From IMG/VR virus record IMGVR_UViG_3300045988_140731, positions 1 to 32,699 of that record: a DNA stretch of 32,699 nt. One strand, given 5' to 3'. This document shows, one piece after another, positions 10,065-19,609 of the stretch. The notes under the pieces were generated by a model. It was not told the DNA's origin and did no database searches. It saw only the letters and a list, made by a program, of their open reading frames with translations. The translations under genes and the position numbers were made by a program. Source of the stretch: a virus. How positions within the stretch are numbered: position 1 is the stretch's first letter; every line of letters starts with the position of its first letter.

Positions 10065-10070
10065 AGAGTT

Positions 10071-10526
10071 ATGGCGAACGAGAAACATTATATCATAACA
10101 ATCAAACAAAGCGGCGGCGGTGGCGGCGGAAATGGTGAACTCCGAGAAAAGACGGGGCAAGACGAGAACGGCGCAAGCGAAGGAACTGCTTTATCTTTAA
10201 GCAAGACCGTTGCGAAAGTATGGTCAAGCACTGCATTGCTTCGTACAACTTTGGATGCAACAATGCAGATTGTGTCGCGCAACGAAGGGAACAGCCTTAT
10301 TAACGAAAGATATAAGGCGGTCAAGGGTGTCGGAACAACCGCATTAACGCTCGGGCTTGCGTTCGCGGTGGGTGGCGTTGGTGCTGGCTTAACTGCAACA
10401 GCGGCGGTCGCAATATCTTATGGGCGACAGATTGAGCAATTCAATTACGAGCGTCGGTGGGAGATGTACGGACTGACAGAGAAACGCGCAAGAGCGGGTG
10501 CGAACTTCAACAGGAGTAGGTTATGA
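10071..10526 (+). CDS. Gly-rich hydrophobic protein occupying the tape-measure position (mini tape measure or ejection protein?)
   Basis: 151 aa. It has an N-terminal SGGGGGGNGEL tract and a glycine-zipper-like hydrophobic segment, GVGTTALTLGLAFAVGGVGAGLTATAAVAISYG. Confidence 0.4.
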   Translation: MANEKHYIITIKQSGGGGGGNGELREKTGQDENGASEGTALSLSKTVAKVWSSTALLRTTLDATMQIVSRNEGNSLINERYKAVKGVGTTALTLGLAFAVGGVGAGLTATAAVAISYGRQIEQFNYERRWEMYGLTEKRARAGANFNRSRL

Positions 10527-13456
10527 ACAATTTTCAGATTGATATACGCGAACAAGGCGGCTGGAACAACCTTGACGGGTGGGTGCGACCGTTCGACCTG
10601 ACCTTTGCGTTAGACGAAACGCTGGACAGCGGCTCTGTTCAAGTTACAGGAAGCACGAGAAGTGCGATAATCAAGCCCTACACGCTTATAAGACTGACGA
10701 TTAACTCAACGGTCAAGTATATGCTCGTACAGGACGCAAAACGCACGCAAAGCACCTTTTCGGGGACGATTAAGTACGATTGGAACATCACGCTTATCGA
10801 GACCACGAAAATGCTCGAAAGGATACCGTGCGACACAATGCGTTTCTCTAATTATTTGGGACACGACTATGCGGGCGGGATACCTATATATGCACAAATT
10901 ACATATAACGACCCGAACCAAACAGGATGGTTAGATGGCGACGAATTGAGCGAAAAAGCACCGTTCTATGTGAATGCATATAATCGCGGTGTTACCGCAA
11001 CTATTTATGGCACTCAAAACAAATTCAACTTAAAGGCGCGTGCGACCTGGAAGAATGCATATCAAGAGGTCAAGGTCAAAAAACCCAACGGCGAAATAGT
11101 ATATAGTCAGAAAACCTGGTGCGGCGATGACGGAGTATTAAATATGCCCGATGGCACTGTTGTTCTTACCGAGGCATATTATACAATAGAATATTCGGGA
11201 ACAATTCACGATGTTATACCCACAAGCGTAAATAGGGCAACTTACACGGCAACATACCAAATTGCGACCATAGAAGGCATTATACCGAAAACTAACCCGA
11301 CCATAACAAGCATTGTTGAGAAGATACTTCGTTCGGGCGTAACAAGGCGCGTCTATCGTGGAGCGGGTGCGCTTGACGATATAGACAAGCAACTTATCCG
11401 CTTTAACGCGGCGCAGGCGGAAAAATACAATGCAATCGAAACCGAGTACAGCACGACGAGAAACACATTTTTTGAAGCCTTGTCGGGCGTTGGCGAGATT
11501 ATCCACGCAATACCGAGACTGAACTTTATCGACACATTCGAGTATAAGGGATATGAACTTGTGTTTGACGAACTTGGCGGGAACGACGAATATACCGTTC
11601 CGACAACTGCCGAGATGACTTACGAGCAAATGTCTTTAACGGGCGACGAATACTGCGAAGCAATCGACAGCGTGGTTGAGAATATACTCAATACGACCGA
11701 TGTTGACAAGGGCGCGATAGTAGAGCCGTCCACGGGAACATACAAGACCGTAAGGACAGAACGCGGCGGGTATAAGATATCAGCCGACACGATGAGAATA
11801 CAGACCGAGAGACCTATTTACAGGCTTATTAAGTTAGAAGTCTTGTGTAACGGTAAAGCGGGCGATATTACGGCTTATGTCTACGAGAACGCGGAATATG
11901 AAGCCTTATCGGAATATGCGGGCGCAGTGTATCCGTACTCAAAGGCTTACGCGTTGAAGTACACTTCGGGACAGAAAGATATCACGGGGCTAACATTCAG
12001 GGACGCAGACGCTACACAAACAGCACAAGCATTTGCAAACTATGCCATTTATAACATCGTCAAACAAGCGTTAGACACGACAATATCGGACTATACGGCG
12101 TTAGCGTTCAGAGTGACCTATATCCCGTTGGTTACGGCGAGAATAACGCAAAGCAAGCCCTACACGGGGTGGGAGACGGACTTTTCGTCGAATGTATTGA
12201 TATCTAATCAAGGCGGGAATATGGTCGAGAGCGACCGCTATGGCGAACGCTTAAAGGGGTATATTGCAAGGCTGGGCAACAAACAAGTCGTGCGAACTTA
12301 CAATTTTGCACAGTTTGAAGATTTACCGCAATGCGGGCAACTTATGTATGTCGAAGACGAATATATGTATGTGTCGCTCATCAATGCAAATCTCGACCAA
12401 AACAAAGTTAAGGCAACAATTCTCTTAACGCCGCAATTCAACAGGCTGTCGGAATATGTCGGATTGAACAGTGAATACAGATTATATGATGTTTCTGAAA
12501 AACAAGCGGTCGAAAGACTTGTAAATTATACAGAAAAGTGTTATATTAATTATAGGGCAACATCGGCATCTTCAAAAGTGCCGTTCATCAAGAGCAATGC
12601 GTATTATTCGATTTTCCAAACGCTTGGAAGACGGGCAGACTACGATGCAGGAGAAGTACCGACCGCCGCCTTGGTGCAAGTGAGCGGGACTTGGTTTGCG
12701 AGAACGCTCGACAAGAGAGCAAGCGGCAATAGCCTTGTGTTCGAGTTTGCGTTTGATGACAACTACGGCGTGGGCTATCAGTCAATACCTAATTCGGTAT
12801 CAGGCGATGCGGCAAGGATACAACGATTAGTGCCTTATGGCAATGTCTATGGCGAGTTTGACACGATGAGAGTGCAGTTTGTGCCGACAGCGTTCACGAA
12901 CTCCGCCGACAAGATGAACAGTTATCCCGCAATCAATAGCGAGTACCTTACAGATGTATATCCGTTATTCGACACTTCGTCGCTGGATGATAACAGTGTC
13001 GTGTATCCGTTCCTTATCGACAAGGATAACAAGGAACAGATAAACTTCACTTATCAACTTAACTTCATATCGGAAATTAAGTCGGTAGTGCTGGGAACTG
13101 CGTTCTTCCGTAACAACGATTTGCTTATTGACAGGTCAGGGCTTACAGGCGAGCAAAGAGTAGCGTTAAACCCGTCGATATACCTGGTTAAAAAGCGACT
13201 TAATATGCTGTCGAAGCCCGACCTTACGGGTGCGTTGAAACTAACTGCTCCAAACGGGCTTGCGTGTGTATTTCAGGATAATTATGCGAACAATGCGGGC
13301 TTTAAGACGGGGCTACAAATAACGAACACAACAAACGAAACCTATGTTGGGTGGTGCGCGGTTGACGATAATACGGGAGAACTGTATATCGGAGACAACT
13401 ACGAACTGACACCTAATGCAACTGCACCGACACTATACTTCAACTTCAAGGAGTAA
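10523..13456 (+). CDS. large tail/baseplate hub protein (Tal-like, putative)
   Basis: 977 aa with SD AGGAG and an ATGA overlap to the upstream gene. The N-terminal region resembles siphovirus tail-hub proteins in layout, which is weak evidence. Confidence 0.5.
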   Translation: MNNFQIDIREQGGWNNLDGWVRPFDLTFALDETLDSGSVQVTGSTRSAIIKPYTLIRLTINSTVKYMLVQDAKRTQSTFSGTIKYDWNITLIETTKMLERIPCDTMRFSNYLGHDYAGGIPIYAQITYNDPNQTGWLDGDELSEKAPFYVNAYNRGVTATIYGTQNKFNLKARATWKNAYQEVKVKKPNGEIVYSQKTWCGDDGVLNMPDGTVVLTEAYYTIEYSGTIHDVIPTSVNRATYTATYQIATIEGIIPKTNPTITSIVEKILRSGVTRRVYRGAGALDDIDKQLIRFNAAQAEKYNAIETEYSTTRNTFFEALSGVGEIIHAIPRLNFIDTFEYKGYELVFDELGGNDEYTVPTTAEMTYEQMSLTGDEYCEAIDSVVENILNTTDVDKGAIVEPSTGTYKTVRTERGGYKISADTMRIQTERPIYRLIKLEVLCNGKAGDITAYVYENAEYEALSEYAGAVYPYSKAYALKYTSGQKDITGLTFRDADATQTAQAFANYAIYNIVKQALDTTISDYTALAFRVTYIPLVTARITQSKPYTGWETDFSSNVLISNQGGNMVESDRYGERLKGYIARLGNKQVVRTYNFAQFEDLPQCGQLMYVEDEYMYVSLINANLDQNKVKATILLTPQFNRLSEYVGLNSEYRLYDVSEKQAVERLVNYTEKCYINYRATSASSKVPFIKSNAYYSIFQTLGRRADYDAGEVPTAALVQVSGTWFARTLDKRASGNSLVFEFAFDDNYGVGYQSIPNSVSGDAARIQRLVPYGNVYGEFDTMRVQFVPTAFTNSADKMNSYPAINSEYLTDVYPLFDTSSLDDNSVVYPFLIDKDNKEQINFTYQLNFISEIKSVVLGTAFFRNNDLLIDRSGLTGEQRVALNPSIYLVKKRLNMLSKPDLTGALKLTAPNGLACVFQDNYANNAGFKTGLQITNTTNETYVGWCAVDDNTGELYIGDNYELTPNATAPTLYFNFKE

Positions 13457-13461
13457 ATAAT

Positions 13462-16400
13462 ATGATTTTTTATTGCGATTTACAAGGCAACCTCAAAGCG
13501 TTTCAAAACGAAACGGTGTATCAAGGCTCGAACAACGTAACGACGATTTATGTCGTTGCGCCGTTCAACCGTCCCGTGGGGCTTAACATCTCGTTCACGA
13601 AGCCGAACAAACTCGTTACAAGCCCTGCGATTATGAAGTGGGTGGGAACTCTTGGTAATGTCAAGATACCCGTTTCATTCGTCAATATCCCCGAACAATT
13701 CACCGATACATACAACGTGTGGGCGTATGCGTTGCCGTACTCTATTACGGAGCAGAGCGGTGTTGTCGGGGTGAGTGTAAACGCGGTTATTGCAGATAGT
13801 GTGGACGAAAGCGGACAACAGGCTTATAGGGGAAACCTTACGACCTTTACGGGGCAATTCACGGTGGCTTATTCCGCACTGCCTTCTCCGCCTACGGATA
13901 TTCCGACCGAGTGGACGCAGGATAAGGTGTTGGACTTGTTGAACAACTATTACAACGACGCCATTCAAAAGATAGGCGAAATGAACACCTTAAAGACCAA
14001 CGCAAAGGATACGCTTGTCAAGGCGATTAACGAAGTATTTGACGAAATAGCAAGTACGAACGCAACGATAGGCGACCTTTCCACGCTTACCACTGACGAA
14101 AAGACCACTATTGTGGGTGCAATCAATGAAGTCGATGCACACGCCGATGCGAATAAAGCCGAAATAGGCAACCTTTCTGCGCTTACAACGGACGAAAAGG
14201 CTACGCTTGTTGGTGCAATCAATGAAGTGGATAATCACGCGGACAACGCCACAACTTTGGCAAACAACGCTGTCGCAACGGCTAATGGTGCTGTCGCTAC
14301 GGCAAACGAAGCAAAGACCACCGCGCAGACCGCCGAGAATAACGCGAACAGTGCGGTAGACACTGCAAACGCCGCAAACGCGACCGCAGACGAAGCAAAG
14401 GCAATCGCGCAAGGAAGTCAGCGGGCAATCGGTTTTGCGACCTTACAAGCGGCAATAACGGCGTTAAACGGGTATAGCAACACGCAACTTAAAGTGGGCG
14501 ATAATGTCTATATTGTGGAAACGGGCGTGCCTGATTTATGGGTGGCGGCGGTTGAGCCGAACAGTGTGGCTTATAACTACACGACGAACGACGCGTTCAA
14601 CGATGACCTTGTGGAAAATACCCTTGTGCAAGTCGGGTATTACAAGTTTGCGTATCTTGAAAGCGACGGCAAGCCTTGCACGGTTGCGTGGCAGAATATG
14701 ACTGTTGCGGCGAGCGATTGGGTTGCGAGTACGGAGTTTGCAGACTTCCCGTATGAAGCGAAGATTGCTCTTACGGACTTTGTAAACTTTTCGTCTATTC
14801 CGCAAGTGGTGTTTGGGCTGACCGAAGCGACGAGCGGGAACTATGCGCCTATTTGTAAAGCGGGCGACAAAGGGGTTTATATTTACAGCAAAGTCAATAC
14901 TGCTATCACGCTCCCGACAGTCGTTACTTTTGCGCCGAATGTACACGGGGCGAGTATGCAGGGCGGCGGATATACGAACAAGGGCAAATGGGTTGCAAGC
15001 ACGACTTACGCAATCGACGACCTTGTTTACACCGATAACGGACAGTTTGTGTGTATCGAGGGTATCACTTCGACCACAAGTCCCGAACAAGACACTACGC
15101 ATTGGCAAGCGACTTTTGTTGCAACAGGAAAGACGAAAAATACGCTTACAATCAGCGGACAAGACAACGGAACGGAAGTGCAAAAGACTTTTGACGGCTC
15201 GCAAGCGGTTGAAATAGCGTTCGATGAAACTACGATGACCGCGAAAGAAGTCAACGGTGTTTTTAAAGTTGGAGCGAAAGGGACTATCCCCGAAGCGTTA
15301 CCTCAAGAAGCGAGTGCGTTGAAGAGTGGGAAAATGACGACAAGTGGGTGGACACCAACCGTCGGAAACTTCACCAACGCAAGAACATTAGATAAAGCAA
15401 ACTATTACTATAAGGAAGTAACTATATACTCGTCGGGATATGAAAAATATAGACGACTTACGGGGTGGGAAGTAAACATTGACGGCGAATGGCATAAATT
15501 TGTAAAAGAAAGCGATATAAAATACTATTATAATTCTTATAACATTGAATACATCGGTAGCACTGCAATAATAAGATATGAACCGAGCGGTGTGTATGCG
15601 TATTATCAGATATACACGGATGGACACGTTAGTGCGAAGACGATTTATAATGGCGATGTGCAAATGCCAGCATTCCGTAATACCGAAATAAGCGACCAAA
15701 CCTATACCATCTCCGACACTTCCATAACCGCCAACAGTGATGTTCTTATGGAACTCACTGACGACGGCGGAGTAAAGTCCTATTCAATGGAAGCAGGCAA
15801 GATAACCGTTATCCGCGACACAGTGCCTACACAGCCTATCCCGTACACCTACAAGGTCAAACAGACCAACGCAAGCGGGCAGTTTACTTTGGTAAATCAC
15901 TATGTGCCGAGCATACCCGACAGCCCGACGAGTTTACCCGTTTCGTATAAGAAAGCGAGCGGAAGTTTGCCGACAAGTGGGTGGAGTACGCTTGACGAAG
16001 GGTGGAAAGGAAATACTTTGCCTGCAAGCGCAGATTGGAGAAGGGTAACCTATGGCAACGGTAAATTTGTTGCCGTTACTGACGGAACTGGACGTTGTGC
16101 ATATTCAACCGATGGTATAAGTTGGAATGAAACCTCGTTGCCCACAAGTAGAAGATGGTTTGGTGTAACATATGGTGATGGAAAATTTGTAGCAGTCGCA
16201 TTAAGTACCGACAAGGGAGCATATTCTACCGACGGTATAAATTGGAACGAGTTTACTTTGCCTGCAAGTCAAGGCTGGCATAGCGTAACATACGGTAACG
16301 GTAAATTCGTTGCCGTAGCAGGCGAAAGTTCAACGGGAGCATATTCAACCGACGGCATTACTTGGAGCACTATGACTTTGCCAACAAGTCAAAGTTGGTA

Positions 16401-17670
16401 TGGTGTAACCTATGGTGATGGAAAATTTGTAGCGGTTGCAGTTAATAGCAATAAAGGTGCATACTCTACCGACGGAATAACTTGGACGGAAATGAGTATG
16501 CCCGAAAGTGCACCTTGGTTTAATGTGGTCTATGGGAATGGTAAATTCGTAGCGATTACACAAGGTTTAACGATAGCCGCATATTCCGCAAACGGCACAG
16601 CGTGGTCAAAAATCACTTTGCCTATTTCCGCCAGCGAGGGTATAGCATACGGTGATGGTAAGTTCGTTACAATAGAGAGTAATAGCAATAAAGGAGCATA
16701 TTCAACCGACGGCATAAATTGGACAACAATGACAATGCCGACAAGTCAAAGTTGGCGATATGTAACTTATGGCGACGGTAAGTTTGTTGCAGTAGCGCAG
16801 AGCGCAAACGGCGCATATTGGAAAGCCGCCGCCGATGTAACCTACACCATCTCCGATACTTCCATCACCGCAAACACTTCGGTCAAAATGTACTTAACCG
16901 ACAAAGGCGGTGTCAAAGCGTATAGCAAAGCAGTGGGCAGTATTCAGGTTATCCGTGATACCGTGCCGACAAACGCAATCCCGTATGAATACGAAGTCGA
17001 AGAAACGAGCGCGGAGGGACTTTTTGAGGTCATAAATGCTTATGTGCCAGAAGTACCGACCAAAACAAGCCAACTTGAAAACGACAGTGGGTTTGTCAAG
17101 GCATCGGAAGCGAACACCTTTACAGGCGTGCAGACTTTCAGCAACGCCGACGGCATAAAGACCGACCGAGTACATAACCTTGAGAATAATGACGCGTGGT
17201 ACAATTTCGACGGGTCGAATAATAGGTTTGGCAGCCCTTCAAGACCAACGATTATTAGGACGAGTGAAGCAAGACCGAGAGCGCAAGTGCCTAGCGGCGA
17301 AACAACGGTAACGAAAGAGATTGCGTTGTTGGAAGATATACCGAGTGCTGCAACAACCTGGGGCAGCGGTGCTGCTGGGAACCTTGTTATCTACGGCAAA
17401 GGCGCTGGCGTATATCAAATTAAACTGGATGTTGAAGGAAGTCCTTGCTGTTTTGCGTATTGGGACGGAACAAGTGATACAGGATATTGTTCAAGTTATG
17501 TGAGTATGCAACTGGACGCAGACGGTTTTTGGTTATTTAATTACGAGTTCTATATTGAAGCGAAACAAATTAAGTGCAAACATTACGCGTATAAAATGAA
17601 TGGCGGAACAGTAACAAAAGAAATTGACCAACTTACAACCAGTTTTACTTATCGCAAAATAACTAACTAA
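13462..17670 (+). CDS. tail fibre / receptor-binding protein, mosaic (AINEV repeats, duplicated 70-aa domain, BNR-type propeller, SQLENDSGFV junction)
   Basis: 1402 aa with SD AAGGAG. It carries repeats typical of phage fibres (TLVGAINEVD) and the motif SQLENDSGFV. Confidence 0.8.
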   Translation: MIFYCDLQGNLKAFQNETVYQGSNNVTTIYVVAPFNRPVGLNISFTKPNKLVTSPAIMKWVGTLGNVKIPVSFVNIPEQFTDTYNVWAYALPYSITEQSGVVGVSVNAVIADSVDESGQQAYRGNLTTFTGQFTVAYSALPSPPTDIPTEWTQDKVLDLLNNYYNDAIQKIGEMNTLKTNAKDTLVKAINEVFDEIASTNATIGDLSTLTTDEKTTIVGAINEVDAHADANKAEIGNLSALTTDEKATLVGAINEVDNHADNATTLANNAVATANGAVATANEAKTTAQTAENNANSAVDTANAANATADEAKAIAQGSQRAIGFATLQAAITALNGYSNTQLKVGDNVYIVETGVPDLWVAAVEPNSVAYNYTTNDAFNDDLVENTLVQVGYYKFAYLESDGKPCTVAWQNMTVAASDWVASTEFADFPYEAKIALTDFVNFSSIPQVVFGLTEATSGNYAPICKAGDKGVYIYSKVNTAITLPTVVTFAPNVHGASMQGGGYTNKGKWVASTTYAIDDLVYTDNGQFVCIEGITSTTSPEQDTTHWQATFVATGKTKNTLTISGQDNGTEVQKTFDGSQAVEIAFDETTMTAKEVNGVFKVGAKGTIPEALPQEASALKSGKMTTSGWTPTVGNFTNARTLDKANYYYKEVTIYSSGYEKYRRLTGWEVNIDGEWHKFVKESDIKYYYNSYNIEYIGSTAIIRYEPSGVYAYYQIYTDGHVSAKTIYNGDVQMPAFRNTEISDQTYTISDTSITANSDVLMELTDDGGVKSYSMEAGKITVIRDTVPTQPIPYTYKVKQTNASGQFTLVNHYVPSIPDSPTSLPVSYKKASGSLPTSGWSTLDEGWKGNTLPASADWRRVTYGNGKFVAVTDGTGRCAYSTDGISWNETSLPTSRRWFGVTYGDGKFVAVALSTDKGAYSTDGINWNEFTLPASQGWHSVTYGNGKFVAVAGESSTGAYSTDGITWSTMTLPTSQSWYGVTYGDGKFVAVAVNSNKGAYSTDGITWTEMSMPESAPWFNVVYGNGKFVAITQGLTIAAYSANGTAWSKITLPISASEGIAYGDGKFVTIESNSNKGAYSTDGINWTTMTMPTSQSWRYVTYGDGKFVAVAQSANGAYWKAAADVTYTISDTSITANTSVKMYLTDKGGVKAYSKAVGSIQVIRDTVPTNAIPYEYEVEETSAEGLFEVINAYVPEVPTKTSQLENDSGFVKASEANTFTGVQTFSNADGIKTDRVHNLENNDAWYNFDGSNNRFGSPSRPTIIRTSEARPRAQVPSGETTVTKEIALLEDIPSAATTWGSGAAGNLVIYGKGAGVYQIKLDVEGSPCCFAYWDGTSDTGYCSSYVSMQLDADGFWLFNYEFYIEAKQIKCKHYAYKMNGGTVTKEIDQLTTSFTYRKITN
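14068..14259 (+). repeat. 2 x 96-nt tandem repeat inside the fibre gene (IG(D/N)LS.LTTDEK.T.VGAINEVD.HAD)
   Basis: Units 14068..14163 and 14164..14259 encode near-identical 32-aa segments. Confidence 0.8.
15700..15909 (+). repeat. 70-aa domain, copy 1 (TYTISDTSITAN...VIRDTVPT...YVP)
   Basis: By my hand alignment, 46 of 70 residues are identical to copy 2 at 16840..17049. The first ~35 nt are nearly identical at DNA level. Confidence 0.8.
16036..16822 (+). repeat. about 7 tandem 120-nt (40-aa) repeats encoding BNR/Asp-box-like blades
   Basis: The repeated unit is W..VTYG(D/N)GKFVAV....(K)GAYSTDGI.W....(L/M)P.S... SxDGxxW is the Asp-box motif. Confidence 0.8.
16840..17049 (+). repeat. 70-aa domain, copy 2
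   Basis: See 15700..15909. The two copies bracket the propeller repeats. Confidence 0.8.
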
Positions 17671-17684
17671 AAGGAGATAAACAT

Positions 17685-18785
17685 ATGTACGGAATAACTA
17701 ACGCACAACAACTCGCCAACGGTGGCGGCGGTGGCGGTGGCGGCGGCGAACTCGACAAAATCTATGGTGTTGATTTAGTCGGCTCGGCTTCCCCGTCAGC
17801 ACTTACAAGAACGGACGACGCTGTCGGCTTGAATGTAACGGTCGGCACTTCGGAAATCACGAGCGACTTTGATAATTGCTACCCGTGGAGTAACATTGAA
17901 GAAGTCACGGACGACTTCGGAAACGTGTTCGTCAAGATACCGAAGTTTTACAGCAAAATCACAAAGAACGCCGATGGCACTTACAAACATCAACTGTCGG
18001 GAACGAAACACGAGGGCTTTGACACCTTGTTCAAGGTCGGCGCAAAAGAGATTGACTATGTAATGGTCGGCAAATACGAGGGAAGTGGCTCGTCGTCGCG
18101 CGCTTACTCAAAGAGTGGGCAAACCGTGCTTACAGAAATTACTTGCGACGACTTCCGCACGGCTTGTAAAGCAAACGGCACGGGTTATCAGCAGTATGAT
18201 TTTTTAATCGACTTGATTATTAAAGAATTGTGGCTCGTTGAGATGAAAACTACCGATTGTCAGTCGATTATGTATGGTTACGCGAACGGCAATTCGGATG
18301 CGATTGCCACTGGCGAAACGGACACCGTTGCAACCTCGTCGGGTTCAGCGGTAAGCAACACCGACGGCAAGCACGCTTGCAAGTACAGGGGAATAGAAAA
18401 CCCGTGGGGTAATATCTTTAAGTGGTGCGACGGCATATCTTTCAGTGGCTCGTCGGTTTATGTTTGCACCGAGCCCACAGCATATTCCGCGGGGAATACG
18501 ACATCGCCTTATGAGTATTACGGCAATCGTGCGTCAAGTGCTGGTATTGTCAAGACCGTTGCTCCGCTCACCGAAGGCTCCCTTATCCAATATGTTACGG
18601 AGGTAAGTGACAGCGTGAGCACTTATTACTGCGACAAGTCTTGGATTGACGGTTACGTTCTCCGTTGCGGTGGGCGTTGGAGCGATAAGACAAACGCTGG
18701 TTTGTGGAATTGGTCTGGTAATGCTACTGCGTCGGACACGGGCAGCAGCCGTGGTGGTCGCCTTTGCTATAAACCCACAGTATAA
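17685..18785 (+). CDS. tail-associated protein with SUMF1/FGE-like (C-type lectin fold) C-terminal domain and N-terminal poly-Gly
   Basis: SD AAAAGGAG. N-terminal NGGGGGGGGGEL tract. YRGIENPWGNIFKWCDGI and LRCGGRWSD resemble the GNVWEW and RGGSW signatures of FGE-sulfatase-fold proteins. Confidence 0.5.
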   Translation: MYGITNAQQLANGGGGGGGGGELDKIYGVDLVGSASPSALTRTDDAVGLNVTVGTSEITSDFDNCYPWSNIEEVTDDFGNVFVKIPKFYSKITKNADGTYKHQLSGTKHEGFDTLFKVGAKEIDYVMVGKYEGSGSSSRAYSKSGQTVLTEITCDDFRTACKANGTGYQQYDFLIDLIIKELWLVEMKTTDCQSIMYGYANGNSDAIATGETDTVATSSGSAVSNTDGKHACKYRGIENPWGNIFKWCDGISFSGSSVYVCTEPTAYSAGNTTSPYEYYGNRASSAGIVKTVAPLTEGSLIQYVTEVSDSVSTYYCDKSWIDGYVLRCGGRWSDKTNAGLWNWSGNATASDTGSSRGGRLCYKPTV

Positions 18786-18831
18786 CTTTTCGGCGCACCC
18801 GTCCGCTTCATAGGCGGGTAAAAATATAATT

Positions 18832-19065
18832 ATGGAAGAAAAAATCTTACTTATCGGCAAACTAATACAAGAAGGTATCGAGGGCGAAGCGGAAGCATTA
18901 AAAGACTACAACCGAGAACTCGCGGAAATCTATGCCCTTGACGCGGAAACGGGCGATAAATGCGCTCCTGTCATTGCGGAAATCATATCCGACGAACTCA
19001 ATCATATCGCTAAACTTACGGCATTGTACACCGAACTGACGGGCATTGCCGAAAACAAGGAGTAA
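18832..19065 (+). CDS. small rubrerythrin/ferritin-like half-domain protein (putative)
   Basis: 77 aa. EGEAEALKDY...(27 aa)...DELNHIAKL parallels the rubrerythrin pattern GE..A...Y......E..H..L. The SD is weak. Confidence 0.35.
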   Translation: MEEKILLIGKLIQEGIEGEAEALKDYNRELAEIYALDAETGDKCAPVIAEIISDELNHIAKLTALYTELTGIAENKE

Positions 19066-19068
19066 TCT

Positions 19069-19542
19069 ATGGAACTTAACATTAAACTTATCGGGAACAT
19101 CGGCAGGCTGAACAAGCGAGAGCCGTTCATTTTGGCAGACAATGAAAAACTTGTCCTTAACTTCTCTTGCGCCACACCGCTTACAGATTATTATATCGAA
19201 CTCAAAAACGGCGACAAATCGGCAAAATACAGGCTTAACGCTGTATCTTCCTATGAAGTGCCGAACGAACTCTTGCAAGCGGGTACTTTGGAAGTTACGG
19301 TCAGCCTTTTGTACTGCGGAAAAATCGTCGTTACCTACACAGTCGAGCCTATCGTCATTGCATTGATAGACAACGGCTACAAGGGCTTTGCGGAACTCGA
19401 CGAAGTAAAGGCGAAATACGACCTGCTTATGGCGAATTACAACGAACTTGTCAGCAAGATAAATCAAGTCATCGACACCGCGAACAGACAGTCAGAAGAT
19501 ATCCAAAAACTGTACAACGCTGTCGAACAAGGCGAATTTTAA
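19069..19542 (+). CDS. hypothetical protein (beta-rich N-terminal part plus C-terminal coiled coil)
   Basis: 157 aa with SD AAGGAG. I recognise no diagnostic motif. Confidence 0.55.
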   Translation: MELNIKLIGNIGRLNKREPFILADNEKLVLNFSCATPLTDYYIELKNGDKSAKYRLNAVSSYEVPNELLQAGTLEVTVSLLYCGKIVVTYTVEPIVIALIDNGYKGFAELDEVKAKYDLLMANYNELVSKINQVIDTANRQSEDIQKLYNAVEQGEF

Positions 19543-19609
19543 GCGTGCTACCGCTCAAAAATCTAACTGCTCTCGTCGGGTAGCAACGGCACGGGCAAAG
19601 GAGTAATTT

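Noticed and set aside
19543-19609. Long-range GCTACC/GGTAGC pairing in the intergenic region before ORF 19610
   Set aside because: It has only 6 bp, a ~28-nt loop and no U-tract. That is too weak to call a terminator or regulatory structure.
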